From Acidobacteriota bacterium (GTDB lineage: Bacteria; Acidobacteriota; UBA890; WLXD01), in assembly GCA_965248695.1 (NCBI GenBank), contig CBDFKD010000002.1, forward strand, positions 2,005,201 through 2,069,200: a stretch of 64,000 nt of DNA. The letters are read 5' to 3'. This document shows, one piece after another, positions 18,155-28,648 of the stretch. The first letter of the stretch is position 1. Each line of letters opens with the position of its first letter. The position numbers and the translations under genes were made by a program. The notes under the pieces are model-generated. The model was not told where the DNA came from, made no database searches, and saw only the letters and a list, made by a program, of their open reading frames with translations.

Positions 18155-19641
18155 TGTCGAATGCCGAACAGCGCCCTCGTGCGCGCCTCTATGCTGTTGG
18201 CTAGCGCCTCTCCCAGCCGCCATCCGGCCAGCGCCTCGGTACCGCTGTAGTAGGTCAGGTACTTTCGCGCCAGATCCGGCTCGCCGGCTTCGAAGAGCTT
18301 CAGCGCCGTCCGCTCGACGCCCTCCTGGCGCTCGATCAATCGCGCCTCGAAGGCTTCCAGTGCCTCCGTGACCTCGGGCAGGAACTTCTCCTGATGCTCC
18401 TCGGTCAGGTAGAGGAGGCGTTTGTAGGTACGCAGCGCGAAGCGCGTCGACTCGATGCCGCGCTCCTCGTCGTCGACCATGTACTGCGTAGCCTCGCCGC
18501 CCGTGAGGTACCGATGCCGTTTCAGCTCAGTGGGCACGTCGGTCGTACCGATATAGAAGGGAATGAACGGCGCGGTCACCGATGTGGTGGCGGCCACCCA
18601 GAGAACGCCGAGCTCCTCGTGAACACCCTTGCGCAGATGCGCCACCTGACCGTAACCGGCGGAGTCGCGGGTGAGCTCGGTGGTGCGCACGGCGGCGATC
18701 ATGTCGGTCAGGCCGACCTTGCCGGCGAGCGCCTTCATGCGCTCCTCGATCAGCACCACCGCCGGATGCCGCAATTGGCCGTCGCCGTAGATCTTGTTGA
18801 CGTTGAACGCCTCGCCGGAATCGGGGTCGTACCAACCTTGCTCGATCGCAAAGCTGACAAAGTTCGGCGACGCCATGTAGTCAGGGTCGCTGTGGAAATC
18901 CACCGGGAAGTCCCCGATGTAGCCGGGCCGCGAGACGCGCACGTCGTCCGGCCCGAGCCGCTCCGCCGCCCACAGGCCCTGGCCGCCGGCGAAGTTGATC
19001 AGCACCCAACCTTCGTCGGCGTCGGCAAACAGGTGCGAGTTGCCGCCGTACGTCGAGAAGCCATGCTCGGCGATCAGCGCGCCGATGATCTCGACCGCTT
19101 CGCGCGCACTATGCGCGCGCTCCATAACAATGCGCGCCAAGTCGCTGTAGTTCGGTCCGCCGCCCTGCGGGTTGGGCGTCATCTCCTGCAGCTCGCGCCG
19201 CGAGGGCGACCAGACATCCCGCGCCGCAACACCGTGCTCATTGAGCCCGCCGTTGGTCAGCGGCGCCGGAAACCCCGAGTACTCCGAGTAGTTCATCGTG
19301 ATGTACTTCGCCGTCCGCGCCACCTGTGGGATCTGACTCAGCACACCGGGGAAGTTGGCGCGCTCGGTGACACCGACCCACATGGTCGCGCCTGGCGGGA
19401 AGGTCCTTGACGCAACGATCTCCAGCCAGTGGCTCGAGGGCTCGTCGCCGTAGCCACCGAGAAACACGCTGCCGTCGATGGTGAGGTTCTTGCCGACGTA
19501 GACGCAGTAACTCGCCCACGCCGGAGTGGCCGTGACCGCGAGCCCCAGCAGCAGGAACGAGAGAACCTGCCGGGCCCGGGCGCGCGAGCTGCGTATTCGA
19601 GCGGCGGTCGAACTGTTCCTGAGACGCGGCTGCACGATCAT
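18151..19641 (-). CDS. C69-family dipeptidase, secreted
   Basis: Track ORF 18151..19734, with the start moved to M32 (MIVQPRLRNSS...LLLGLAVTATPAWASYCVYVGKN). A signal peptide is followed by a Cys near the mature N-terminus, as in Ntn-type C69 peptidases. Confidence 0.7.
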   Translation of the reverse strand: MIVQPRLRNSSTAARIRSSRARARQVLSFLLLGLAVTATPAWASYCVYVGKNLTIDGSVFLGGYGDEPSSHWLEIVASRTFPPGATMWVGVTERANFPGVLSQIPQVARTAKYITMNYSEYSGFPAPLTNGGLNEHGVAARDVWSPSRRELQEMTPNPQGGGPNYSDLARIVMERAHSAREAVEIIGALIAEHGFSTYGGNSHLFADADEGWVLINFAGGQGLWAAERLGPDDVRVSRPGYIGDFPVDFHSDPDYMASPNFVSFAIEQGWYDPDSGEAFNVNKIYGDGQLRHPAVVLIEERMKALAGKVGLTDMIAAVRTTELTRDSAGYGQVAHLRKGVHEELGVLWVAATTSVTAPFIPFYIGTTDVPTELKRHRYLTGGEATQYMVDDEERGIESTRFALRTYKRLLYLTEEHQEKFLPEVTEALEAFEARLIERQEGVERTALKLFEAGEPDLARKYLTYYSGTEALAGWRLGEALANSIEARTRALFGIRQ

Positions 19642-19730
19642 CGGTTTCCTCCTTCCATGGCCAACTACGCGCGGTCGTGATTGGCGCGCGATCCGAACGG
19701 GTTTCGGTGGCGCCTGTTGCAGGCCACTAG

Positions 19731-21902
19731 TCAACGCTGCGCATCGATCGCACGCAAGAGATCATCGTAGTGACGGTTGGCATCCGCCACGCGCTGCCGT
19801 AGCAGCTGTCGCTGACGCTCCCACACGGCCTCGAAGTCCTCGCCCAGCTCCCAGAATTCGAGCTCGTTACCCGGAACGATCGGCGCGTCCAGCAGGTGTC
19901 TCAACCGGGCGCGCATCTGTTCCAAGAGTGCCGGCGCTTTTGCGGCGCTCCAGGAACCCGCCCCGTCCACGTGCAGATAGGTCGGAGTGGAGTGGGCGAT
20001 GGCTTGCGCGCTGCCATAGGCACGGACGGCCAGCCAAGCTCCCGTGGTGGCGCTCAGCTCGTGTCGCAGCCTCAGCGAGCCGTCAGGCTCGACCTCCGAA
20101 ACCGTCGCCACGATGTCGCCGTGGACGACCAGCTCCAGCCGATCGAGCTCATCGACATCGGGGTTGATGCGCGCCGTGGCCTCGATGAGCAGCTTGGCTC
20201 CGGGGGCGGCGCGCAGCGTCGACCCCATCGGATGATCGTCGACCTCGAAGGTGAGCATCGGCCCGTTGGTAACGAACGTGTTGCCGGCCTCCAGCGAGCG
20301 AAACCAGGCTGTGGTCGTGAGCTCGCCCTCAACACGGGCGTAGCTGCGCACCGCGCCCGCCTGGTCGTAATACGGGAAGTCGGATCCCGCCACCGGCGTG
20401 ATCTGATAGCCGAGGTTGAGGAACTCGTACCACAGCTCGGTGTACAGCGAGCCGCCCTGCAGAACCTCGACGAAGTCGACCAACCCGAACGGCACGTCGA
20501 GCGCCAGGCCCCGGGAGCCGTTGAACTCCTCCTGCCCCACGTGCGCGTAGCCGCTGATGCCGCCCTGCTCGGCGTACGCCTCGAAGGCCTCGTGGTAGAG
20601 GAAGTACCGGTCGCGGCGGTGCAAGGGATCGAGGATGTTTAGCGAGATCGTATGGCCGCGCTGCGCCGTTCGCGGACCTTCGATTCCCGGCACCAACACA
20701 TGATCACCGACTTGGTGCTGGCCGTCGATGCCCCAGGCGTATTGGGGAAAGTGGATGGCGCCCGGATTGTGCATCTGCAACGTGTTGGCAACGTGAACAT
20801 CCTCGGCGCGGAGGTAGGCGCTGACGCGCTCGTTGTCTGCTTCCGTCGCACGCTCGATGTGGATGTGGGCGTCGCCCGAGTACCAGTTGCGGGCGGGCAT
20901 GTCGTCCCAGCGCGGGAGCAGGATCTCCACGTCGAGCTCCCGACCGACCTCGACCTTGAGCTCCCGTTGAACGATCTGATACTCGGGGCCCTTGGAGGCC
21001 ACCAGATGGTAGAGGCCGGCTGGCACCTCCGCCCGGTACCGGCCGTCGGCGTAGAACACGTGACGATTGGCCGCCGGCCAGGGCTGCGGGAAGCCGAACG
21101 TTCGGCCACGCAGAAAGATCTGCCGCACGTCGTCATCGTAGAAGTTGACCACCAGCGCATCGTCGCTCGGCAGCGGTAGGCGGCCGGTCGCGTCGTAGAG
21201 CCCGAGTCGAGCCGCGGTCGTCTCCCCCGTCGCCGCATCGATCAGGCGGAGGTTCAGGCGTCCTGAAGGTCCCGGTACCGGTGTCCGGTTCGACCGTGTG
21301 ATCACCGCCGAGCATAGGCTCAGCGTGTTCGGCTCATCGGTGTCTTGCCGGCGGTTTGCCCCGACCGCCGACAACGCGAGATCGGTTCGACCCATGCCGC
21401 GATTGGCGAAACGGGCCCGGTCCAGCGCGACGACCTCTCGATGCCACCGCCCGCTGGCCTCCGCTGGGCGCGGGATCCGGACTATGGCTTCGCTGCGTGC
21501 GCTCCGATCGTAAGAGAGCGTGACCGTGCCGGTAGCTTCGGCGTCGAAAACGAGCTCGAGCTCCACGGTCTCATCGATATCGAACGCCAGGTCGTCGTCG
21601 ACATCGAGCGCGATGAAGCTAGCCACCACGCAGCGTCGCCCTTCGATCTCTTCGACCTCGGGCAGCGCGCGGCGCGGGAAGGCGAACAAACCGAGGGAGT
21701 CCGGGTAACCGCCAGACAGTGTGCGAGCGATGCCCGTCATGGGCCACTCGACCTCGACAAGCCCGAGCGGGTTCGTGTGCGCCAATGCGACGCCTCCTGC
21801 CAGGCTGACCGCTGCCACGAACAATCGCGCACACCGAGGCCATGGTCGAGCACTACGGATCGGAAGACGGGGCGGAGACCTACGCGTTCCAGTCATCGGC
21901 AC
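19731..21902 (-). CDS. Putative CehA/McbA-type (PHP-like) metallohydrolase, secreted
   Basis: Track ORF of 723 aa with a signal-like N-terminus (RCARLFVAAVSLAGGVALA) and an NWYSGDAHIHIERA block. The family assignment is from memory and only moderately certain. Confidence 0.55.
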   Translation of the reverse strand: MPMTGTRRSPPRLPIRSARPWPRCARLFVAAVSLAGGVALAHTNPLGLVEVEWPMTGIARTLSGGYPDSLGLFAFPRRALPEVEEIEGRRCVVASFIALDVDDDLAFDIDETVELELVFDAEATGTVTLSYDRSARSEAIVRIPRPAEASGRWHREVVALDRARFANRGMGRTDLALSAVGANRRQDTDEPNTLSLCSAVITRSNRTPVPGPSGRLNLRLIDAATGETTAARLGLYDATGRLPLPSDDALVVNFYDDDVRQIFLRGRTFGFPQPWPAANRHVFYADGRYRAEVPAGLYHLVASKGPEYQIVQRELKVEVGRELDVEILLPRWDDMPARNWYSGDAHIHIERATEADNERVSAYLRAEDVHVANTLQMHNPGAIHFPQYAWGIDGQHQVGDHVLVPGIEGPRTAQRGHTISLNILDPLHRRDRYFLYHEAFEAYAEQGGISGYAHVGQEEFNGSRGLALDVPFGLVDFVEVLQGGSLYTELWYEFLNLGYQITPVAGSDFPYYDQAGAVRSYARVEGELTTTAWFRSLEAGNTFVTNGPMLTFEVDDHPMGSTLRAAPGAKLLIEATARINPDVDELDRLELVVHGDIVATVSEVEPDGSLRLRHELSATTGAWLAVRAYGSAQAIAHSTPTYLHVDGAGSWSAAKAPALLEQMRARLRHLLDAPIVPGNELEFWELGEDFEAVWERQRQLLRQRVADANRHYDDLLRAIDAQR

Positions 21903-22081
21903 CAGCGAGTGTTCGTGTGCACTGGACCCTCGGTTGTCAATTCGATCGACGACGAGACCCGCGCTTGGCGGAGCGACCCGGCTGACGATACCGGCGGCTG
22001 CCGGGCGTTGATCCCGCTGATCATGATCGCCGGCGGCTGCGGGGGCGATCCTGGGCTCCCGGTACGGTATCGTACGGCGCC

Positions 22082-23689
22082 ATGATTCTCCGTAGCCCGT
22101 TTCCAGATGTCGAGATCCCGGTCGAGTCGCTGACCGACTTCGTGCTCGCTGAGGCGCGCGCTCGCGGCGACAAGCCCGCCTTCGTCAATAGCGCTACATA
22201 CGAGGCCATCACCTACGCCGACTTCGTCGACGCCGTGGCGACCGTCGCCGCCAGCCTGGCCGAGCGCGGCTACGGCAAGGGCGATGTGATTGCCTTCTTT
22301 AGCCCCAATTGCCCCGAGTACGCCGTCGCCTTCCTGGCAGTGTGCAAGCTCGGTGGCACGGTTACGACGGTCAATCCGTTGTACACCGAGGGCGAGCTCG
22401 GTCATCAACTCGAGAACGCCGGCGCCAGGGCCATCATCACCGACCCGCAGTTCCTCGACACGGCGCGAGCAGCCGCCGAGGGCGTCGGTATCACCGAGAT
22501 CTTCGTGTTCGGGAACGCCGAAGGCGTCACCTCGTTCGCGGAGCTGATGCACCGAGACGACAGCGGTGCGGTGGAGTTTCCAACCGCCGCCACCGATGCC
22601 CTGACCGACCTCGCAGTGCTGCCCTATTCGAGCGGCACGACCGGCGTGGCCAAGGGCGTGATGCTGACGCACCACAACCTGGTGGCCAACCTCTGCCAGA
22701 TCAACGGCGTCGCCCCGGGAACCGAGTATTGCGCCACCGAGGACGACGTGCTGATGGGGGTCCTGCCGTTCTTCCACATCTACGGCATGATCATGATGCT
22801 GAACTCGTTGAAGCTCGGCTGCACGCTGATAACAATGGCGCGCTTCGACCTCGAGAAGTTCCTCGACATGCTCGAGCGCTACAAAGTCAGTTACCTGCAC
22901 GTGGTGCCGCCCATCGCGCTGCTGCTGTCGAAGCATCCGGCGGTCGACAACTACTCGATCCCCAACGTGCGCCAGATCGTCTGCGGCGCAGCACCGCTGG
23001 GCGAGGATGTCGCTGACGATGTGTATGCGCGGCTCGGAGCGCGCATCAACCAGGCGTGGGGCATGACCGAGCTCAGCCCGGTGGGGCACATGAACTCCGA
23101 TCCGCCGGAGACACTCGATCCGACTTCGGTGGGCCCCTGCGTTCCGAACGCCGAGTCGAAGATTGTCAACGTCGAGACCGGGGAGGCGCTCGGCCCGCAG
23201 GAGCGCGGCGAGCTGTGCCAGCGCGGTCCGCACGTCATGGCCGGCTACCTGAACAACCCCGAGGCGACCGCGGCATGCATCGACGAGGATGGTTGGCTGC
23301 ATACCGGCGACATCGCCTTGGCTGATGAGCGCGGCTATGTCTGGGTGGTCGACCGGGTCAAGGAGCTCATCAAGTACAAGGGCTTCCAGGTGGCACCGGC
23401 GGAGCTGGAGTCGTTGATCCTCACCCACGACGCGGTCGCCGACGTGGCCGTGATCGGCGTCGCTGACGACGAGGCCGGCGAGCTTCCGAAGGCATTCGTG
23501 GTGACGAAAGGTGGCGAGGCCGAAGCGAGCGACGAGCTGGCGAAGGAGCTCCAGAGCTTCGTCGCCGGGCAGGTAGCGCCGCACAAGAAGATCCGCATCG
23601 TCGAGTTTATCGACGCCATTCCGAAGTCGGCATCGGGGAAGATCCTGCGGCGCACGCTGATCGAACAGGAGCGCAACGCCCGGGCCTGA
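22082..23689 (+). CDS. AMP-binding acyl-CoA ligase (4-coumarate-CoA ligase-like)
   Basis: Track ORF of 535 aa. Motifs: LPYSSGTTGVAKGV, GMTE, HTGDIAL, IKYKGFQVAPAELE and a C-terminal PKSASGKILRR. Confidence 0.85.
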   Translation: MILRSPFPDVEIPVESLTDFVLAEARARGDKPAFVNSATYEAITYADFVDAVATVAASLAERGYGKGDVIAFFSPNCPEYAVAFLAVCKLGGTVTTVNPLYTEGELGHQLENAGARAIITDPQFLDTARAAAEGVGITEIFVFGNAEGVTSFAELMHRDDSGAVEFPTAATDALTDLAVLPYSSGTTGVAKGVMLTHHNLVANLCQINGVAPGTEYCATEDDVLMGVLPFFHIYGMIMMLNSLKLGCTLITMARFDLEKFLDMLERYKVSYLHVVPPIALLLSKHPAVDNYSIPNVRQIVCGAAPLGEDVADDVYARLGARINQAWGMTELSPVGHMNSDPPETLDPTSVGPCVPNAESKIVNVETGEALGPQERGELCQRGPHVMAGYLNNPEATAACIDEDGWLHTGDIALADERGYVWVVDRVKELIKYKGFQVAPAELESLILTHDAVADVAVIGVADDEAGELPKAFVVTKGGEAEASDELAKELQSFVAGQVAPHKKIRIVEFIDAIPKSASGKILRRTLIEQERNARA

Positions 23690-23757
23690 AGACGCCGCAC
23701 GGGCCGGCGTCCGACGACGCTCTGACCGAGGAACACAGGTGACATGTTGCTAGCCGG

Positions 23758-25221
23758 ATGAGCGGACAGACGATCGCCGAGCAGGCGCTCGCCGAGAAGA
23801 GCAAGCTCAAGAAGGTCATGGGGCCTCGCGACCTGGTGCTTTTCTATATCGCCTGCATCGTCACCATGCGAGTCGTTGCCCTGTCGACCGAGAACGGTCC
23901 CAGCGTCGTGGTGCTCTGGGTTCTCGGCTTCGTTCTCTTCTACATCCCGCAGGCCTTCACGGTCGTCGAGCTCACAGCGCGACATCCGGACGAAGGCGGC
24001 ATCTACATATGGGCGCAGCGCGCCTTCGGCGAGTTTCACGGCTTCATCACCGCGTGGTTCTACTGGGCCACCAACCTCGTCTACTTTCCCGCAGTACTGC
24101 TGTTCTCGGCCAGCAACGCGGCGTTCATCTTCCCGCGCTGGTCGCATCTTGCCGAGCATCCGGGTTTCCTGGCGACGTTCTCACTCGCCGGCATCGCGCT
24201 CGTCGTCGTCGTCAACGTTCTCGGCCTCGATATTGCCAAGTACCTGCACAACGCCAGCGGCTATCTGAACATGTGGGTACCCGGGGTGATCGTGGTGGTG
24301 CTGGGCTTTTTGACCTGGGTGAACTTCGGCTCGGCAAGCGAGTTCTCGAGCAGCACCTTGATGCCGAGCTTCGGCGGCCTGTCCGACGTCATCTTGCTGG
24401 CCGCGATCGCCTACGCGTTCACCGGCCTCGAGTCGGCTTCGATCATGAGCGAGGAGGTCCAGAACCCGCGGCGCAACGTCCCGCGCGCTCTGGCGACCGC
24501 CGGTTTGATGATGGTCGCAATGTTCATTCTGATTTCCTCTGCCATCCTCGTGGTGCTGCCGGTGGAACAAGTCACCGGCTTGACCGGGCTCACGGATACC
24601 GCGCGCGTGGCGGGCACCAAGCTCATCGGCGCGACGGCCGGCGGGTTGCTGGGTTCGATTGTCTCCCTGTGCCTGTGCATTGCGGCCGTCGGCACGGTGA
24701 GCGCCTGGATGGCGACGTGCGCGCGGCTGCCGTTCGTGGCCGGCCTCGATCGTTATCTACCGCCGGCGTTCGGAACCTTGCATCCGAAGTACGCCACGCC
24801 GCACGTTTCGGTGATCACGCTCGGCGTTGCCACCGCTGCATTGATCGTGCTCGGCAACATGGACGGTACCGCGCAGCAGATCTACCGAGTCTTCATCAGC
24901 CTCGAGATCGTCGTCTACTTCATCCCGTTCATGTACATGTTCGGCGCGCTCCTGGTGATGCAACGTGACCCGGTACCGGAAGGCACGCAGCGAGCGCCCT
25001 TCGCGCCGTGGGGCGCCTATCTCGCCGGCAGCACCGGGCTGGTCGTGACCGTCGCCTCATTCGTGTTCGCGCTGATTCCTGGTGATCTGGTCGAGGACAA
25101 GACGTTCTTCTACTTCACGGTCTTCGGAATGCTCGGCGTGCTGACGCTCGTCGGTGTCGGCATCTATGCCAACGGCAAGCTGCGTCGACGGCGGCTTCAG
25201 GCAGCTCCCGATGCAATCTGA
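23758..25221 (+). CDS. APC-superfamily amino acid/polyamine permease
   Basis: Track ORF of 487 aa with about 12 predicted TM segments and an APC-like organisation. It is co-oriented with, and 68 nt downstream of, the CoA ligase. Confidence 0.75.
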   Translation: MSGQTIAEQALAEKSKLKKVMGPRDLVLFYIACIVTMRVVALSTENGPSVVVLWVLGFVLFYIPQAFTVVELTARHPDEGGIYIWAQRAFGEFHGFITAWFYWATNLVYFPAVLLFSASNAAFIFPRWSHLAEHPGFLATFSLAGIALVVVVNVLGLDIAKYLHNASGYLNMWVPGVIVVVLGFLTWVNFGSASEFSSSTLMPSFGGLSDVILLAAIAYAFTGLESASIMSEEVQNPRRNVPRALATAGLMMVAMFILISSAILVVLPVEQVTGLTGLTDTARVAGTKLIGATAGGLLGSIVSLCLCIAAVGTVSAWMATCARLPFVAGLDRYLPPAFGTLHPKYATPHVSVITLGVATAALIVLGNMDGTAQQIYRVFISLEIVVYFIPFMYMFGALLVMQRDPVPEGTQRAPFAPWGAYLAGSTGLVVTVASFVFALIPGDLVEDKTFFYFTVFGMLGVLTLVGVGIYANGKLRRRRLQAAPDAI

Positions 25222-25239
25222 GCATCGCGTCCTCCGGCC

Positions 25240-25650
25240 GTGACGGACTCTGGCGTGAACTTCTCAGGCGGGTGTCTCTGCGGTGCCCTGCGTTACCGAT
25301 CGACAGCGGGTCCATTGACAACCGGTTTCTGCCACTGTCGGAACTGCCAGCGCTCTAGCGGGGCGCCGGTATCGGTCTGGGCCGCCTTCCCGATCGATTG
25401 CTTCGAATACGAGCGCGGAACACCGAAGATCCACAAAGCTTCAGAGCGCGGCCGGCGCGAGTTCTGCGAGAGCTGCGGCACCCACATCGCCTATCGCCGC
25501 ATCCAGGGTCCCGAGGAAGTCGATGTGAACGTCGGGACCCTCGACGATCCGGCAGCGGTCCAGCCCGAGATCCATATCTGGACCCGCGATCGCATCGCCT
25601 GGTTCGAGACCCGCGACGACCTGCCGCGGCACGAGGACGGTGGCAACTAG
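25240..25650 (+). CDS. GFA-family (CENP-V/glutathione-dependent formaldehyde-activating-like) zinc protein
   Basis: A 136-aa ORF with cysteine motifs GGCLCGALRY, CHCRNCQRSSG and CESCGTHI. Confidence 0.8.
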   Translation: MTDSGVNFSGGCLCGALRYRSTAGPLTTGFCHCRNCQRSSGAPVSVWAAFPIDCFEYERGTPKIHKASERGRREFCESCGTHIAYRRIQGPEEVDVNVGTLDDPAAVQPEIHIWTRDRIAWFETRDDLPRHEDGGN

Positions 25651-27554
25651 GTAGACAGCAGTTCGTGAACCGCCCGATGCGCCTGGCCGATCGCCTCCTC
25701 GGTCATCGCGTTGGCGCCTGAGTCCGAGTTGGCGATGGCGATCCGACCGAACGTCGCGCGGGCCCGCTCCCACGTGCGTTTTTCCTTCGGCCACTCCTCT
25801 GTGGTCCAGTAGATATCGCCACTATCGGGATCGAAGCCCCAGGCATAGCCGTGCGGCCAACGGTTGACCGTGATGGCCTCGATGTCGCGCGCCGGATCGA
25901 AGCCGCCGCCCGCGAGCATGCGGGCAAGCTGATCGCGGATCTCGCGCTCGAAGGTCTCGAAGCTGGTTGTCAGCAGGTCCCAGCGACCAGCCTTCCATTG
26001 GTCGGGGATCGGCAGACCCGGGCTGAGCGGCGTGCGAGTGAGCTGCAGCACCATGGGCTCTTCCGGCGTGCGCGGACACTCGTATGCGCCCATGCTCACC
26101 GGATCTCCCAGGCGCACGTTGGTGTGGTAACTGCCGGGGCAGTGGGCGCTCCTCAGCTTCAAGTTGGCGAACGAGGTCCAGTCGCGCAGCAACACTCGTG
26201 TGTACACCAGGGGTGCCTTGAGCGCATACGACAGCGCCTTCCGTTGCGGATCGGGCAGCTCCGGGCAGATGTGCGGGATCGCGGCGTTGTAGCAGGCGAA
26301 CACGCACCGGCGTGCACGGACGGTCTGGGCGATGTCTTCTCGAACGTAGGTGACCTCGACCGTATCGGCGCTCTCGGGGTTTCCGGCGTGCTCGACATGA
26401 ACCACCGTGCTGTTGAGCCGGATGCGTACCGGCGCCTCCTCACGATCGAGCATGGAATAGTCGAAGCGCGCCGTCATCATGGCTTCCGGGTCCGCCGCAT
26501 CGCTGATCTCGGGAATCATCGACCGGACCATCAGCCGGGTAATCGACGCATTGCCGTCCGGGAACCGGAAGTAGGCCCCGCTGTCCTCGTGGTCGGCGGC
26601 CAGGCCGAGAGCGTCGAGCCCCGGATAACCCGACCAGATCGCCGGCGACATCGGCAGCGACTCGATGCGCACATTCCAGTAGCTGTCGCCGCGCGACTGC
26701 AGGTACGGGAGGACTCCCTTGTCGACCTCGGCGATCTCGAGCAGGAACTCCTGATACGTCATGCCCTCCAGCCGCTTCCACTTTTCCTCCGCCGACAGAC
26801 CTTGCAGGTAGTCGATGTCGCCTTCGTGAAGCCGGATCAGATCGTTCTTGACCTGTTCCGACAGCGGCGCGCCGTCGAAGAACTCGGCCCACGGTTTCCT
26901 ACCCTGGCCGACGGCGAGATGGTCGGCACCGAACGTCTCACGATCGAAAAACACGCCGCGCTGCAACCCCAACGAGCGGTATGTCCTGGGGCTCACGTAC
27001 TCGGAGTAGCGCTCGGGGTCGATGCCGAGCTCACGGAACAGCCCCTTGGCGGCCTCGCCGTAGGCCGAGTAGTCCTCGATCTCGACCGTGCCGCCGTTCA
27101 TCAGCAGCATGCGGTCACCGGAGGTGAACTCGTTGCGCTTGGCGTGACCGCCGAAGTCGTCGTGGTTGTCGATGATCAGGATCCTGACGGTCGGCCCGGC
27201 CTCCTGGCGGAAGAAATAGGCCGCTGCAAGGCCGCTCATGCCGCCGCCGACGACCACCAGGTCGTAGGTCTCGTCAGTCTCGGTGGGTTGCCAGCGCTTG
27301 CCGTCGCGCATCGCGTGGGCGACGTCAAACGAGCCCGGGTGACTGCCGCGCATGCCGGTGAGCGACGGCGGGTAGTACTCGGCCGCCGAGGCGGCACCCG
27401 TAGCGGCAGCCGACGGCGATCCGATTGCGCCCGCCTCGGACCACGGGAACAGCAACGAGCCGGTGACGGCGATTCCGGCACCGTCGATGAAGTCCCGACG
27501 GTTGATCTTCCGCCCCATCCCCAGCTCACGGTCTCGACGTTTCATGAAGCCCAC
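25647..27554 (-). CDS. Tat-exported FAD-dependent amine oxidoreductase (spermidine dehydrogenase SpdH-like)
   Basis: Track ORF of 635 aa. It has a twin-arginine motif NRRDFIDGAGIAVTG and a dinucleotide-binding fold YDLVVVGGGMSGLAAAYFF. Confidence 0.7.
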   Translation of the reverse strand: MGFMKRRDRELGMGRKINRRDFIDGAGIAVTGSLLFPWSEAGAIGSPSAAATGAASAAEYYPPSLTGMRGSHPGSFDVAHAMRDGKRWQPTETDETYDLVVVGGGMSGLAAAYFFRQEAGPTVRILIIDNHDDFGGHAKRNEFTSGDRMLLMNGGTVEIEDYSAYGEAAKGLFRELGIDPERYSEYVSPRTYRSLGLQRGVFFDRETFGADHLAVGQGRKPWAEFFDGAPLSEQVKNDLIRLHEGDIDYLQGLSAEEKWKRLEGMTYQEFLLEIAEVDKGVLPYLQSRGDSYWNVRIESLPMSPAIWSGYPGLDALGLAADHEDSGAYFRFPDGNASITRLMVRSMIPEISDAADPEAMMTARFDYSMLDREEAPVRIRLNSTVVHVEHAGNPESADTVEVTYVREDIAQTVRARRCVFACYNAAIPHICPELPDPQRKALSYALKAPLVYTRVLLRDWTSFANLKLRSAHCPGSYHTNVRLGDPVSMGAYECPRTPEEPMVLQLTRTPLSPGLPIPDQWKAGRWDLLTTSFETFEREIRDQLARMLAGGGFDPARDIEAITVNRWPHGYAWGFDPDSGDIYWTTEEWPKEKRTWERARATFGRIAIANSDSGANAMTEEAIGQAHRAVHELLST

Positions 27555-27624
27555 CCATGTTGATTCGTGACGGATGCGTGTTCGGTGCTCGTGGGGTCAG
27601 CGGCTCTCTCGACCCGTGGGAACC

Positions 27625-28572
27625 TCATCGGGAGAACAGCTCCCAGATCAGATCGCTGGCCGAGATGTCGTCGGTGGTGTTGCCCAGGGAGTCACGCTCG
27701 ACGGCTGCCGGCCAGGTGTGGCCGCCGCCCTCGACGCGGTACCACTCGGTGCTGGCCTCGCAGCCGGTCCATGACAAGTGCATCACCTCGTCGCTCACGC
27801 GCCGCTCCACCGGCCCCGCGGCGCAGCCGTTGTGATCGGCCCACCGCTGCATCGCCTCGGGCACCGGAGGGTCGTTCCAGGGCGGGTCGGAGCCGGCAAT
27901 CGGCACCACAGGGTCGGCGGTGCCGTGGAAGTAGATAAAGGGTCGTGGCGGCGCGTCGCTGCACTCGGCCTGGTTGTAGTACATGTACGTCACTGGTCCA
28001 TAGGCCTTGAATGGGCTGTCAGCGAGACACGCCAGCGCCGACACCATGTCGCCGCCGGCCGACATCCCGGTGGCGAAGAAATCGCCGGCGGTGTGCTCAC
28101 GCTGCAGCAGTCTGACCAGCTCGAGGATGAAGTCGACATCGTAATCTCGCTCGCGCAGATTCGCCTCCCACGCACTGTTCCAGTAGCCGGCGAGCCCGTG
28201 TGTCGCGTCCGGGTAGACCTTGTTGGCATCGGGCACCACGAGGATCACCCCGTCGCGGTCCGCCTGCGCGGTAAAGTCCGCGTAGCGGAACTGCGCCGGC
28301 GCACTGGAGCCAGCGCCGTGAAAGTTGAAGACGACGTCAGCGCGCGTCCCTTCGTGGTAGCCCGCCGGAAGCCGCAACAACCAGGTTCGCTCGGTGCCGT
28401 CCGGAGCCGGGAGAGTGCGTTCCGTGTAGGGGCGGTCGATCGGCACAGCAGCGGAGTCCGCGGCTGCCGCTTCTCCCTCCGGCTCGGCAGGCGCCCCACA
28501 GGCGACTAGGGCAACGGCGGCGGCGAGCGCCACCGAGCGGCGGACGGTCTTGCTGCGATCACTACACTTCAT
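27625..28572 (-). CDS. Alpha/beta-hydrolase esterase (PHB-depolymerase/LpqC-like family), lipoprotein
   Basis: Track ORF 27625..28650, with the start moved to M27 (MKCSDRSKTVRRSVALAAAVALVACGAP), giving a lipobox. GMSAGG matches the GxSxG nucleophile elbow. Confidence 0.65.
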   Translation of the reverse strand: MKCSDRSKTVRRSVALAAAVALVACGAPAEPEGEAAAADSAAVPIDRPYTERTLPAPDGTERTWLLRLPAGYHEGTRADVVFNFHGAGSSAPAQFRYADFTAQADRDGVILVVPDANKVYPDATHGLAGYWNSAWEANLRERDYDVDFILELVRLLQREHTAGDFFATGMSAGGDMVSALACLADSPFKAYGPVTYMYYNQAECSDAPPRPFIYFHGTADPVVPIAGSDPPWNDPPVPEAMQRWADHNGCAAGPVERRVSDEVMHLSWTGCEASTEWYRVEGGGHTWPAAVERDSLGNTTDDISASDLIWELFSR

Positions 28573-28648
28573 GCGCTCTTCTCGGATGGCTAGTGGCGAA
28601 TGCAGGAGTGTACTGTGGCCCCTCCCGCAGCCGATATGCTGGGCGACC

